This document shows positions 9,577 to 18,194 of a stretch of 59,538 nt of DNA, in pieces. This DNA is from Mycobacteriales bacterium. Lineage in GTDB: Bacteria; Actinomycetota; Actinomycetes; Mycobacteriales; QHCA01. The notes under the pieces were generated by a model, which was given only the letters and a program-made list of their open reading frames with translations, was not told the DNA's origin and did not search any database. Position 1 is the first letter of the stretch, and the number at the start of each line of letters is the position of its first letter. The translations under genes were made by a program, and so were the position numbers. The stretch is taken from positions 1 through 59,538 of the forward strand of contig JBBPZR010000030.1 in assembly GCA_038276285.1 (NCBI GenBank). The letters run 5' to 3'.

Positions 9577-10763
9577 TGAGTCCGAGATCGACCGGCCGGC
9601 TCGCCTGGGCGCTGGCTGCCGCCTCGACCTGCCTGGCCCTGGCCTACGTCGTCCTGCTCCGGGTCGACGTCCTCAGCGGTCGCAACGTGAACTTCGACCA
9701 GCACTGGCTGCCCGGCGTCTTCTGGGCGATCGCATGGCCAACGCTCGGTGCTGTTGTCCTGTCCAATCACCCGCGCAACCGGCTTGCGTGGGTCTTCCTC
9801 CTCGTTGGGCTTGGTGCCGGTGTCGGGCTGTTCACCGAGCAGTACGTGGTGCATGCCAGCCTGGTCGAACCGGGTTCGTTGCCCGCAGCGCCACTCGTCG
9901 GCTGGGTCGGCGTGGTCGCGGGAAACCTGTCATGGCAGTCGATCGTCCTCGTGCCCCAACTCTTCCCGAACGGACGTCCGCTGTCCGCTCGGTGGCGATG
10001 GCTGCTGCGGCTGTCGGTCATCCTGATGGTCGCCGGTGCCGCCTGGCTCGCCGGCATACCGGGCCGGCTGTTCGACGGCGTACCGGTCGACAACCCCTTC
10101 GGTCTCGACCTCCCGGAAGAGATGCACCGGCTCAGCCCCTTTGCTCAGGCGTTGCTGGCGCCTGTGGTGGCCGTGGTGATCCTCGGCTCGCTGACCAGCC
10201 TCGTGCTGCGCTATCGCCGGGCGCAGGGTCCCGAACGTCAGCAGATGAAGCTCTTCGTCGCGGCCGTGGTGTTCAGCGCGGTCGGCTTGTTCGTCTATCC
10301 GCACCTGCCGTACGCCTTCATCGTCAACGCCGTCCTGTCGCTGGTTCCCCCGGTCACCTTCGGGCTGGCGATAATGCGCTATCGGTTGTACGAAATCGAC
10401 CGGGTGATCAGCCGCACCTTCTCCTACGCCGTCCTGACCGGGCTGCTGGTCGGCTCGTACGCGCTGCTCGTCACCGGCGTGACCCGGCTGGTGCCGGTCG
10501 GCTCCAGCCTCAGGGTGGCCCTGGCCACCCTCGTCGTCGCCGCGCTGTTCCAGCCGTTGCGCCGCCGCTTGCAGGGCATCGTCGACCGGCGGTTCAACCG
10601 AGCCCGCTACGACGCCGAGCGCACCGTCGAGGCATTCAGCCGGCGGCTGCGCAACGAGGTCGACCTGGAGGCGGTGCGCCGTGATCTGCTGGCGGTGGTC
10701 GGCCAGACGGTGCAGCCGGAACATGCCGGGCTCTGGCTGTCACCTGAGCAGAGGCAGCGGTGA
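9576..10763 (+). CDS. Polytopic membrane protein, paralog P8
   Basis: ATG 9576 overlaps the P7 stop by 1 nt (TGATG); track ORF 9054.. is an alternate-frame extension. Motifs [68 protein letters not shown]. Confidence 0.85.
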   Translation: MSPRSTGRLAWALAAASTCLALAYVVLLRVDVLSGRNVNFDQHWLPGVFWAIAWPTLGAVVLSNHPRNRLAWVFLLVGLGAGVGLFTEQYVVHASLVEPGSLPAAPLVGWVGVVAGNLSWQSIVLVPQLFPNGRPLSARWRWLLRLSVILMVAGAAWLAGIPGRLFDGVPVDNPFGLDLPEEMHRLSPFAQALLAPVVAVVILGSLTSLVLRYRRAQGPERQQMKLFVAAVVFSAVGLFVYPHLPYAFIVNAVLSLVPPVTFGLAIMRYRLYEIDRVISRTFSYAVLTGLLVGSYALLVTGVTRLVPVGSSLRVALATLVVAALFQPLRRRLQGIVDRRFNRARYDAERTVEAFSRRLRNEVDLEAVRRDLLAVVGQTVQPEHAGLWLSPEQRQR

Positions 10764-11938
10764 CCGGGGACCCGCGCACCGCGTCCCTGCTGTCCCGGCT
10801 GGCCTGGGCTGTGGCGATCGTGATCGTGTTGCTCGCCGTGGTAGCCGCGCCGGTGATGGCGCTGAGCGTAGGCGTGCCTTTCGCGTCGCTGGCCGGCAAC
10901 ACGGTCACCGTGATCGTCCTGACCGTGCCCGGCTGGATTCTGGCCAGCCGCCTGCCGCGGAACCCGGCCGGGTGGCTGCTGCTCACCGCGGCTCTCGGGC
11001 AGGCGCTGACCGTCGTACTGCTGGCCTACGGGCAACTGGCGGTGCAGGTGCATCCAGGTCTGCCGCTCGGGCTGGCGGCGTGGACGGCCGGCAGCGCGGG
11101 CTGGTGGCTGCTCACGTTCTTTTTTTTGCCCTTGCTGCTGATGACCTTTCCCGACGGCCGGCTGCCCTCACGCCGGTGGCGCCCGCTAGCCATCAGCCTC
11201 ATCCTGTCGGCCGCCCTCGCCGTGACGGCCGTGCTCTTCGCCCGTAACACGTTGGACGGGGAGCACGCGCCCCCGCCGAACCCGTTCGGCGGGCTCGTGC
11301 CGGCCCCGGTCCTCATAGCGGTCGGCGCCGTCGCCGGACTGCTGTTCATCCTGTCGACAATGGCGGCCGTGGTCTCGCTCGTCGGCAGAATGCGCCGGTC
11401 TGTCGGCGTGCAGCGGGCGCAATACCAGTGGATAACGCTGGGCGCAACGATCTGCGCCGTTTCGATGGTCCTGTCGCTGCTCGCCGGGTTGCAGGAGGTC
11501 GTGTTCATCGGCCTGCTCGTGCTGCTGACCTGCCTGACCGTGGCGATGGTGCGTTACCGGCTGTTCGAAATCGGGCGGGTGGTGAGCCGGACGATCAGCT
11601 ACCTCATGCTCACCGCGCTGCTCAGCGGAGGCTACGTAGGCGTGGTGACCGTCTTGTCGGCGCTACTGCCCCATGCCGGCAGCCTGGCGGTCGCCGTGTC
11701 GACGCTGGTGGCCGCGGCGGCGTTCAACCCGCTGCGGCGCAGGGTGCAGACCGGTGTCGATCGCAGGTTCAACCGGCGGCGCTACGACGCCACTCGTACC
11801 GTGGACAGCTTCGCGCATCGACTGCGCAGCGAGCTGGACCTGGACACCCTCGTCACCGACTTGCGCGGGGTGGTGCAGGCGACCCTCGAACCGGTCGGCG
11901 TGCAGGTGTGGCTGCGTCCTCGGGAGACCGAGCGCTGA
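10760..11938 (+). CDS. Polytopic membrane protein, paralog P9 (most divergent copy)
   Basis: GTG 10760 overlaps the P8 stop (GTGA). Motifs RNPAGW, TFPDGRLPSRRWRP, NPFG, MVRYRLFEIGRVVSRTISY, VDRRFNRRRYDATRTV. Contains a T8 homopolymer at 11120-11127. Confidence 0.85.
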   Translation: MTGDPRTASLLSRLAWAVAIVIVLLAVVAAPVMALSVGVPFASLAGNTVTVIVLTVPGWILASRLPRNPAGWLLLTAALGQALTVVLLAYGQLAVQVHPGLPLGLAAWTAGSAGWWLLTFFFLPLLLMTFPDGRLPSRRWRPLAISLILSAALAVTAVLFARNTLDGEHAPPPNPFGGLVPAPVLIAVGAVAGLLFILSTMAAVVSLVGRMRRSVGVQRAQYQWITLGATICAVSMVLSLLAGLQEVVFIGLLVLLTCLTVAMVRYRLFEIGRVVSRTISYLMLTALLSGGYVGVVTVLSALLPHAGSLAVAVSTLVAAAAFNPLRRRVQTGVDRRFNRRRYDATRTVDSFAHRLRSELDLDTLVTDLRGVVQATLEPVGVQVWLRPRETER

Positions 11939-11984
11939 CCGCCGGCCGTCAGGCGAGCGCGTCATCCGTAGGCTGCGCAATCTG

Positions 11985-12947
11985 ATGACTGCTCCGGGGC
12001 CGGCCGGGCCGGTGGTGTTCTCGATCCCGCTGCGGACCCGATTCCGCGGTATCGACGTCCGCGAGGGGATGCTGCTGCGCGGGCCGGCCGGGTGGGGGGA
12101 GTTCTCGCCGTTCCTCGAGTACCCGCCGGAGGTGGCCCGGCGGTGGCTGGCCGCGGCGCGGGAAGCGGCCGAGGTCGGCTGGCCGCCGCCGCTGCGAAAC
12201 CGGGTGCCGGTCAATGTCACGGTGCCCGCGGTGGGGCCGGCGGAGGCCGCCCGGATCGTGCGCGAGTCCGGCGGCTGCCGTACGGCGAAGGTCAAGGTCG
12301 CCGAGCGCGGCCAAGTGCTGGCCGACGATCTGGCCCGGGTCGAGGCGGTCCGTGACGCGATCGGCACTGACGGGCGGGTACGGATCGACGTCAACGGGTG
12401 GTGGTCGGTCGACGAGGCGGTGCGGGCGATCCGCGAGCTGGCCAGATTCGACCTGGAGTACGTCGAGCAGCCCTGCGCGACCCTGGCGGAGATGGCCGAC
12501 CTGCGCCGGCGGGTCGACGTGCCGCTGGCGGCCGACGAGTCGGTACGCAACGCCGAGGACCCGCTGCGGGTGGCCGGGCTCGCGGCGGCAGACATCGTGG
12601 TGCTCAAGGTGCAGCCGCTCGGTGGCGTGCGGCCTGCGCTGCGGGTGGCCCAGGCGTGCGGCCTGCCCGTGGTGGTGTCCTCCGCACTTGAAACGTCGGT
12701 GGGCATCGCCGCCGGCGTTGCGCTGGCGGCCGCGTTGCCCGAGCTGAGGTACGCCTGCGGCCTGGCGACCGTGCAGTTGCTAGCTGCCGATGTCGTCACC
12801 GCGCCGCTGCTCCCGGTCGACGGCGCGCTGCCGGTGCGTCGGCCGGTCCTGGACCCGGCGGCGGTGGCGGCGCTGGCCGCCTCGCCTGAGCGGGCCGCGT
12901 GGTGGCGGGAGCGGATGGGCGCGGCGGCGACAGGCTACCGTCGATGA
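11985..12947 (+). CDS. menC: o-Succinylbenzoate synthase
   Basis: ATG 11985 (track ORF 11673.. extends upstream through the P9 tail). Enolase-superfamily/MenC pattern: FSIPLRTRFRGI..REG.L..GP.GWGEFSPF, KVKV, RIDVNGWWS, EYVEQP. Confidence 0.9.
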   Translation: MTAPGPAGPVVFSIPLRTRFRGIDVREGMLLRGPAGWGEFSPFLEYPPEVARRWLAAAREAAEVGWPPPLRNRVPVNVTVPAVGPAEAARIVRESGGCRTAKVKVAERGQVLADDLARVEAVRDAIGTDGRVRIDVNGWWSVDEAVRAIRELARFDLEYVEQPCATLAEMADLRRRVDVPLAADESVRNAEDPLRVAGLAAADIVVLKVQPLGGVRPALRVAQACGLPVVVSSALETSVGIAAGVALAAALPELRYACGLATVQLLAADVVTAPLLPVDGALPVRRPVLDPAAVAALAASPERAAWWRERMGAAATGYRR

Positions 12948-14659
12948 CCATGAACCCGGCGTCGGCGCTCGCCGGGGTGCTGGTCGACGAGTTGGTACGC
13001 GGCGGCGTGACCGAGGCGGTGCTCTCGCCCGGCTCCCGCTCGGCGCCGCTCGCTCTAGCGCTGGCGGCCGAGCCGCGGATCCGGCTGCACGTCCGCATCG
13101 ACGAACGTTCGGCCGGCTTCCTGGCTCTTGGCCTGGCCCTGGCATCCGGCCGGCCGGTCCCGGTGCTGTGCACGTCGGGTACGGCGGCCGCCAACCTCTA
13201 TCCCGCCGTGCTCGAGGCCGCCGAGGCCCACCTGCCGCTGGTTGTCCTCACCGCCGACCGGCCGCCCGAACTCCGTGGCACCGGTGCCAACCAGACGACC
13301 GATCAGATCAAGCTTTACGGCGGCGCCGTCCGCTTCTTCGCTGACGTCGGCGTGCCGGAGGAGCGGCCGGGCATGGTGCGTTATTGGCGATCGCTGGTCT
13401 CCCGCGCGTTGGCGTCCACTGTGGATGGTCCGGTGCATCTCAACCTTCCGCTGCGCGTGCCGCTCGTGTCCATTGAGGACGATGAGTGGATCGAGCCGCT
13501 CGACGGCCGGGCCGGCGGTCTGCCGTGGACGGTCGTGTCGCCTCCGATCTTGGTCACGCCACATCTGGACGACCCGGCGGAGCGCGGTGTCGTGGTCGTG
13601 GGCCACGGTGCGGGGCAATCGGCCACGGACGCCGCGCGGCAGCTGGCACAGGAGCTCGGCTGGCCGCTGCTCTCTGAGCCGACGGGTAACGCCCGGTGCG
13701 GCCCCAACGCCGTCGCCACCTTTCCCCTGCTCCTGGCGGACCCGGGCTTCGCGGCGCGGCATCGGCCGGATCTCGTCATCACCGCCGGCAAGCCCGGGCT
13801 CTCCCGCTCGCTGCTGGCCTACCTCGGCACCGCCGCTCGTCAGATCGTCATCGACGCGGCCCGGGACTGGGCCGATCCCACCCGGTCGGCCGACGAGGTA
13901 TGGCCGGTGGCGCCCAAGCCGCCCACGCCGCCCAAGCCGCCCACGCCGCCCACGCCGCGCCCGGCAACGCCGTGGCTCGAGGGCTGGTTGACCGCGGATG
14001 CCGCCGCCCGCCAGGCCATCGACGCGGTGCTGGACGCCGACGAGGTCTCCGAGCCCCGGCTGGCCCGGGACCTGGTCGCCGCGCTTCCCGAAGGGGCGCT
14101 GCTGATGGCCGGGTCCAGCCGGCCGGTGCGCGACCTGGAGGCGTACGCCGTGGCACGGAGCGGGGTGCGCGTCGTGGGCAATCGCGGGGTGAGCGGCATC
14201 GACGGCTCCGTCTCGACCGCGATAGGCGCCGCGCTGGCATCCGGTGGCCCGGCCTATGCCCTGCTCGGCGATCTGGCGCTCCTGCATGACCAGAACGGCC
14301 TGGTGATCGGGCCGGACGAGCCGCGGCCGGATCTGGCCATTGTCGTGGTGAACAACGACGGGGGCGGCATCTTCTCCACCCTGGAGCAGGCCGACCAGCC
14401 GGGCTTCGAGCGCGTCTTCGGCACACCGCACGGCGTCGACTTCGCACTGCTGGCCGCGGCGACGTCCACCCCGTACACCCTGTTGGCCGACCTCGCGGGG
14501 CTGCCTGCCGCTTTGCGTGGCGAGGGTCTCCGGCTGATCGAGGTACGCACCCGGCGCGACGAGACGGCCGCGCTGCACCGGCGGCTCCAGGTCGCTGTCG
14601 ACGGCGCGCTGGACGGATCGCCGCACTGTCGGACCGGCAGGGCAATATGTCCGACGTGA
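12944..14659 (+). CDS. menD: SEPHCHC synthase (2-succinyl-5-enolpyruvyl-6-hydroxy-3-cyclohexene-1-carboxylate synthase)
   Basis: ATG 12944 overlaps the menC stop (ATGA). [23 protein letters not shown], and the ThDP motif GDLALLHD..GL....VVVNNDGGGIFS. Carries a PKPPTPPKPPTPPTP insert. Confidence 0.9.
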   Translation: MTMNPASALAGVLVDELVRGGVTEAVLSPGSRSAPLALALAAEPRIRLHVRIDERSAGFLALGLALASGRPVPVLCTSGTAAANLYPAVLEAAEAHLPLVVLTADRPPELRGTGANQTTDQIKLYGGAVRFFADVGVPEERPGMVRYWRSLVSRALASTVDGPVHLNLPLRVPLVSIEDDEWIEPLDGRAGGLPWTVVSPPILVTPHLDDPAERGVVVVGHGAGQSATDAARQLAQELGWPLLSEPTGNARCGPNAVATFPLLLADPGFAARHRPDLVITAGKPGLSRSLLAYLGTAARQIVIDAARDWADPTRSADEVWPVAPKPPTPPKPPTPPTPRPATPWLEGWLTADAAARQAIDAVLDADEVSEPRLARDLVAALPEGALLMAGSSRPVRDLEAYAVARSGVRVVGNRGVSGIDGSVSTAIGAALASGGPAYALLGDLALLHDQNGLVIGPDEPRPDLAIVVVNNDGGGIFSTLEQADQPGFERVFGTPHGVDFALLAAATSTPYTLLADLAGLPAALRGEGLRLIEVRTRRDETAALHRRLQVAVDGALDGSPHCRTGRAICPT

Positions 14660-15021
14660 ATCTTTCCGGCTGGCTCGCGATCTTCCTGTCGCTCGCCACT
14701 CCGCTGTTCGCGTTCCTCGGCGCCATCGCCGGCCACTGGTGGGCGCGTCGATCGGCGACAGAGCTTGACACCTGGCACCATCGGGAGGAGACGATGCGCC
14801 TGCTGCGGTGGGCCGTGGAGCTCGCGGCAGGCGCCGACGACCCGCGTGCCTGGGTGGGGATCGCCACGCTGAGTGCGTTGCGGTCCTCGGAGCTGCTCCA
14901 GCCGGAGGATCTGGAGTTGGTGGCGGCAGTGACCGATGCCGTCCTGGCGGAGCCGGCTCAGGCGTACGCTGAACTTACCGAGGGGATAGCGCCCGACGAT
15001 GTCGAGATCATCGAGGAATGA
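14647..15021 (+). CDS. Small membrane-anchored hypothetical protein
   Basis: 124-aa ORF overlapping the menD 3' end by 13 nt. One N-terminal hydrophobic helix (WLAIFLSLATPLFAFLGAIAG). GC3-rich codons. Confidence 0.6.
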   Translation: MSDVNLSGWLAIFLSLATPLFAFLGAIAGHWWARRSATELDTWHHREETMRLLRWAVELAAGADDPRAWVGIATLSALRSSELLQPEDLELVAAVTDAVLAEPAQAYAELTEGIAPDDVEIIEE

Positions 15022-15028
15022 CGAAGCC

Positions 15029-15226
15029 ATGGCAGCTCACACCATCAAGGTGACGCCGGTGCAGGTGGCCGCGGCGAAGCTCCGGCTCAGCATCGACCAG
15101 CAGCTGGGCCGGCAGAGCTCGGCCGCCGTCGTGCGGATCGCCAACGCCCGCAGCCGGTGGCCCCAGCCGACGGCGGGTCCCGCCGCTGCGGTCTACGGCA
15201 GCGCGCCGCCGCACCCAGCCGACTGA
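15029..15226 (+). CDS. Small hypothetical protein
   Basis: ATG 15029 follows GAGGAA. 65 aa, GC3-rich. No recognised motif. Confidence 0.4.
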   Translation: MAAHTIKVTPVQVAAAKLRLSIDQQLGRQSSAAVVRIANARSRWPQPTAGPAAAVYGSAPPHPAD

Positions 15227-15247
15227 CCGTCGACTGTCTGTCAGATC

Positions 15248-15263
15248 GTGAGCGGTCGCTCAC
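15248..15263 (+). terminator. Terminator-like hairpin GTGAGC-GGTC-GCTCAC (no U tract)
   Basis: 6-bp perfect stem 22 nt after the stop at 15226, in a convergent intergenic region. Confidence 0.3.
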
Positions 15264-15317
15264 GGTCACCAACCCGTAGGTCGCCCCCTTGCCACCCCCG
15301 GTCGCGCGGGTCAGCGG

Positions 15318-15510
15318 CGTGATCATGCACCTTTGGTGGGCCCGCACGGCGTGTCGCGTTGCAAGAGTGCATGATCACCGCGGCGGGTGGCAGTTCTGCG
15401 GCGCGGGGGCAGTTCTGCGGCGTGATCATGCACCTTTGGTGGGCCCCCACGGCGTGTCGCGCTGCAAAAGTGCATGATCACCGCGGCGGGTGGCAGTTCT
15501 GCGGCGCGGG
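15318..15510. repeat. Two tandem copies (period 103 bp) of a hairpin-containing intergenic repeat
   Basis: 15318-15407 and 15421-15510 differ at 3 positions. Each copy carries a perfect 12-bp inverted repeat GTGATCATGCAC...GTGCATGATCAC (15319-30/15367-78 and 15422-33/15470-81). The motif GGCAGTTCTGCGG occurs 3 times. Confidence 0.9.
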
Positions 15511-15604
15511 AGGGCGGGGGCAACTCACCGCGGGGGGTGACTTGCGGCGCGGCGTCCCGGGTCACCTGGCCGTAGGAAGATGGGTCGAGGGGGCGAAATA
15601 GGGT

Positions 15605-16843
15605 TCAGAGCCCCTCGAGCGCGTCGCGCATGGCGGCGAGCTTCATCTGCGCCTCGGCCAGCTCGGCCTCGGCTTGCGAACCGGCGACGATGCCGCAGCC
15701 GGCGAAGAGCCGCAGAGAGGGGCCGGCCAGCTCGGCGCACCGCAACGCGATGCCCCACTCGCCGTCCCCGTCGGCGCCGGTCCACCCGACCGGGCCGGTG
15801 TAGCGGCCCCGATCCATGCCCTCGGTCCGCCGGATCAGCTCCGCCGCCACATCGCTGGGCGTGCCGCACACGGCGGCGGTCGGGTGCATGTCGCCGACGA
15901 GCCCCAGTGCTGTCGCGTTGTCGAGCAGTCGTCCGGTGATGTCGGTCGCCAGGTGCTGGACGTTGGCCAGCCGTAGCAGCGTGGGTGATTCCGGCACGTC
16001 GAGATCCGCGCAGTGCGGCGAGAGCGCTTGGCTGGCCGACCGTACGGAGATGGCGTGCTCCTGGCGGTCCTTGGCCGAGGCCAGCAGCCAGGCGGCCAGC
16101 TCCGCGTCCTCGGCGGCGTCGCGGCCCCGGCGGACGGATCCGGCCAGCACGCCGGACTCCACCCGGTCGCCGACTCGCCGGACCAGCAGCTCAGGGGTCG
16201 CACCCACCAGCCCGGCGCAGGCGAAGGTCCAGCAGGCGGGGAAGCGCGCGGCCAGCCGATGCAGCAGGAATCGCGGGTCGATGTCGGTGTCGCTCGTCGC
16301 GATCAGATCGCGGGCGAGCACTACCTTTTCCAGGCGCCCCGCCCGGATCTCCTGGACCGCGGCACTCACGGCCGCCTGCCAGTCGAGGGCCGGCAGCGAT
16401 CCGTCGGCGTAGCGCACCCGGGTCGGGGGAAGCGGAGGGTCCACCGGCAGGAGCCTGCGCTGGGCGTCGCCGATCGTGGTCAGCCAGGCGAGCCCGCCGG
16501 ATCGACCCAGCACGACGCGTGGCACGACGAGGACGGAGCCCGGGATATCGGCGTCGAAGCTGAAGCTGCCAAAGGCCACCGGTCCGGAGCCCGGAACGTT
16601 CAGGTCGTCGTCGACGTCGAGCCGGCTGCATAGGTCGCGCCACCAGGCCTCGGCCCGGCGGAACCGATCGTGGCCGCGGCCGACGTCGAGGCGGGCCGCC
16701 TCTCCCCAGCCGACCAACCCATCGCCGCCCCGCAGCCAGGCCAGTGGCGCGGCATCCGGCAGGTGCGCGAGCAGGCCGCCGGGATCGTCGATCCGGATGG
16801 TGCGGGCCGGAGTCCGCACTGCCCGGATCGACGCGGTGGTCAC
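15605..16843 (-). CDS. menF: Isochorismate synthase
   Basis: Chorismate-binding C-terminal pattern (GTPSDVAAELIRRTEGMDRGRYTGPVGW...GEWGIALRCA). The start is set at GTG 16843, just downstream of the upstream ORF stop at 16878. The track ORF extends to 17050 through that neighbour, so the start is uncertain. Confidence 0.85.
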   Translation of the reverse strand: MTTASIRAVRTPARTIRIDDPGGLLAHLPDAAPLAWLRGGDGLVGWGEAARLDVGRGHDRFRRAEAWWRDLCSRLDVDDDLNVPGSGPVAFGSFSFDADIPGSVLVVPRVVLGRSGGLAWLTTIGDAQRRLLPVDPPLPPTRVRYADGSLPALDWQAAVSAAVQEIRAGRLEKVVLARDLIATSDTDIDPRFLLHRLAARFPACWTFACAGLVGATPELLVRRVGDRVESGVLAGSVRRGRDAAEDAELAAWLLASAKDRQEHAISVRSASQALSPHCADLDVPESPTLLRLANVQHLATDITGRLLDNATALGLVGDMHPTAAVCGTPSDVAAELIRRTEGMDRGRYTGPVGWTGADGDGEWGIALRCAELAGPSLRLFAGCGIVAGSQAEAELAEAQMKLAAMRDALEGL

Positions 16844-16877
16844 GGAAAGAGGGTACGAGGGCAGGCACCTCACCGGT

Positions 16878-17168
16878 TCAGCCGCCCAGTACGTCGCGCA
16901 TCTCGCCGACGTACTCGGGGAAGTAGCCGGAGATCTCGTCGAGGTCGAACTCTCGCTTGATCGCTCCCGGTGGCTCGCGCTCGAGCAGGAAGGTGAAGGA
17001 CTCCCGAACCAGCCGTTCCTCGTCCACGTCCACGATGCCGGTGTTGTCAATCAGGTCATCGATCAGCCGGGCGGGCACGGTGACCAGATGGCTCGTGGTG
17101 TCCTGCCCTTCGGTGACCTGTACGGCCCACTCGTGCGGTCCCAGCGGTCGAATCTCCGTCTTCTGCAT
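16878..17168 (-). CDS. Small acidic hypothetical protein
   Basis: 96-aa ORF with GC3-rich codons, immediately upstream of menF and divergent from menG. Confidence 0.55.
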   Translation of the reverse strand: MQKTEIRPLGPHEWAVQVTEGQDTTSHLVTVPARLIDDLIDNTGIVDVDEERLVRESFTFLLEREPPGAIKREFDLDEISGYFPEYVGEMRDVLGG

Positions 17169-17224
17169 GGCTCACCGCCTACCCAGCCCGCGGTCGCTCA
17201 GACCTCCGTGACACGCTCGCCGGC

Positions 17225-17938
17225 GTGAGTCGCGCCTCCCTGGACAAGCAGCCGCACGAGGTGGCGTCGATGTTCGACGCGGTCGCCCGCCGGTACGACA
17301 TCACCAACACGGTGCTCTCCTTCGGCCAGGACCGGCACTGGCGGCGGGCCACCCGGCTGGCGCTGGGGCTGCGCCCCGGCGAGCGGGTGCTCGATCTGGC
17401 CGCGGGTACGGCGGTGTCGTCGGTCGAGCTGGCTCGATCGGGGGCGGCCGTGGTGGCCTGCGACTTCTCCCTCGGCATGCTCCGGGTGGGTCGCGGCCGG
17501 GGTGTGCCGCTCGTCGCCGGTGATGCGATGGCGTTGCCTTTCGCCGATCAGTCCTTCGACGCCGTGACCGTCGCCTTCGGATTGCGCAACGTCGCCGACC
17601 CCGATCAGGCGCTCGTCGAGATGGCCCGGGTGACCCGGCCGGGCGGGCGGTTGCTGGTCTGCGAGTTCAGCCGGCCGGTGTGGGCGCCCTTTCGCACCGT
17701 CTACCTGGAGTACCTGATGCGGGCGCTGCCCGAGCTGGCCCGCCGGGTGAGCAGCAACCCCGACGCCTACGTCTACCTGGCCGAGTCGATCCGGGCCTGG
17801 CCCGATCAGCCGGCGCTGGCCAGCCGGATCGCACGAGCCGGCTGGCAGCGGGTGCAATGGCGCAACCTGACCGGCGGGATAGTGGCTCTGCACCGAGCGA
17901 CCCTCGCGTCCGACTGTCTGCCGAATCGTGCGCTATGA
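17225..17938 (+). CDS. menG: Demethylmenaquinone methyltransferase
   Basis: [36 protein letters not shown] and the SAM motif VLDLAAGTA. Typical UbiE/MenG. Confidence 0.9.
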   Translation: MSRASLDKQPHEVASMFDAVARRYDITNTVLSFGQDRHWRRATRLALGLRPGERVLDLAAGTAVSSVELARSGAAVVACDFSLGMLRVGRGRGVPLVAGDAMALPFADQSFDAVTVAFGLRNVADPDQALVEMARVTRPGGRLLVCEFSRPVWAPFRTVYLEYLMRALPELARRVSSNPDAYVYLAESIRAWPDQPALASRIARAGWQRVQWRNLTGGIVALHRATLASDCLPNRAL

Positions 17939-18194
17939 CTCACGCACTGACAGACGGTCGGCCGGCGGGGCAGCGAGCGCACGACCTCGCAGACGGTCGC
18001 CGGCGGGCTACTGGATCAGACGGGCGCCGAAGAAGGGCAGCCGGCAGGGCGAGGGACCCGCCGCCGCCGCCGAAACTCGGTATTTCGAGCCACTGAGGCC
18101 CCGGTGTCCACGCCGAGCCCGACGTCGTAGACTTTCCAGGCAAGCTCGTGAAGGCATTCACAAGCGCAAGTTGACGCTCGAGGGGGGACCATCC

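Noticed and set aside
1-11938. Annotating the paralog array as sensor histidine kinases.
   Set aside because: No copy contains an H-box (HisKA/HisKA_3) or the N/G1/G2 ATP-binding boxes. Each ends about 35-40 aa after the conserved RRRVQ..VDRRFNR.RYD helix. Only the membrane and juxtamembrane module resembles kinases.
15318-15510. Possible CRISPR array.
   Set aside because: There are only two long (~90 bp) copies directly abutting, with no unique spacers of CRISPR-like size, and no cas genes in the window.
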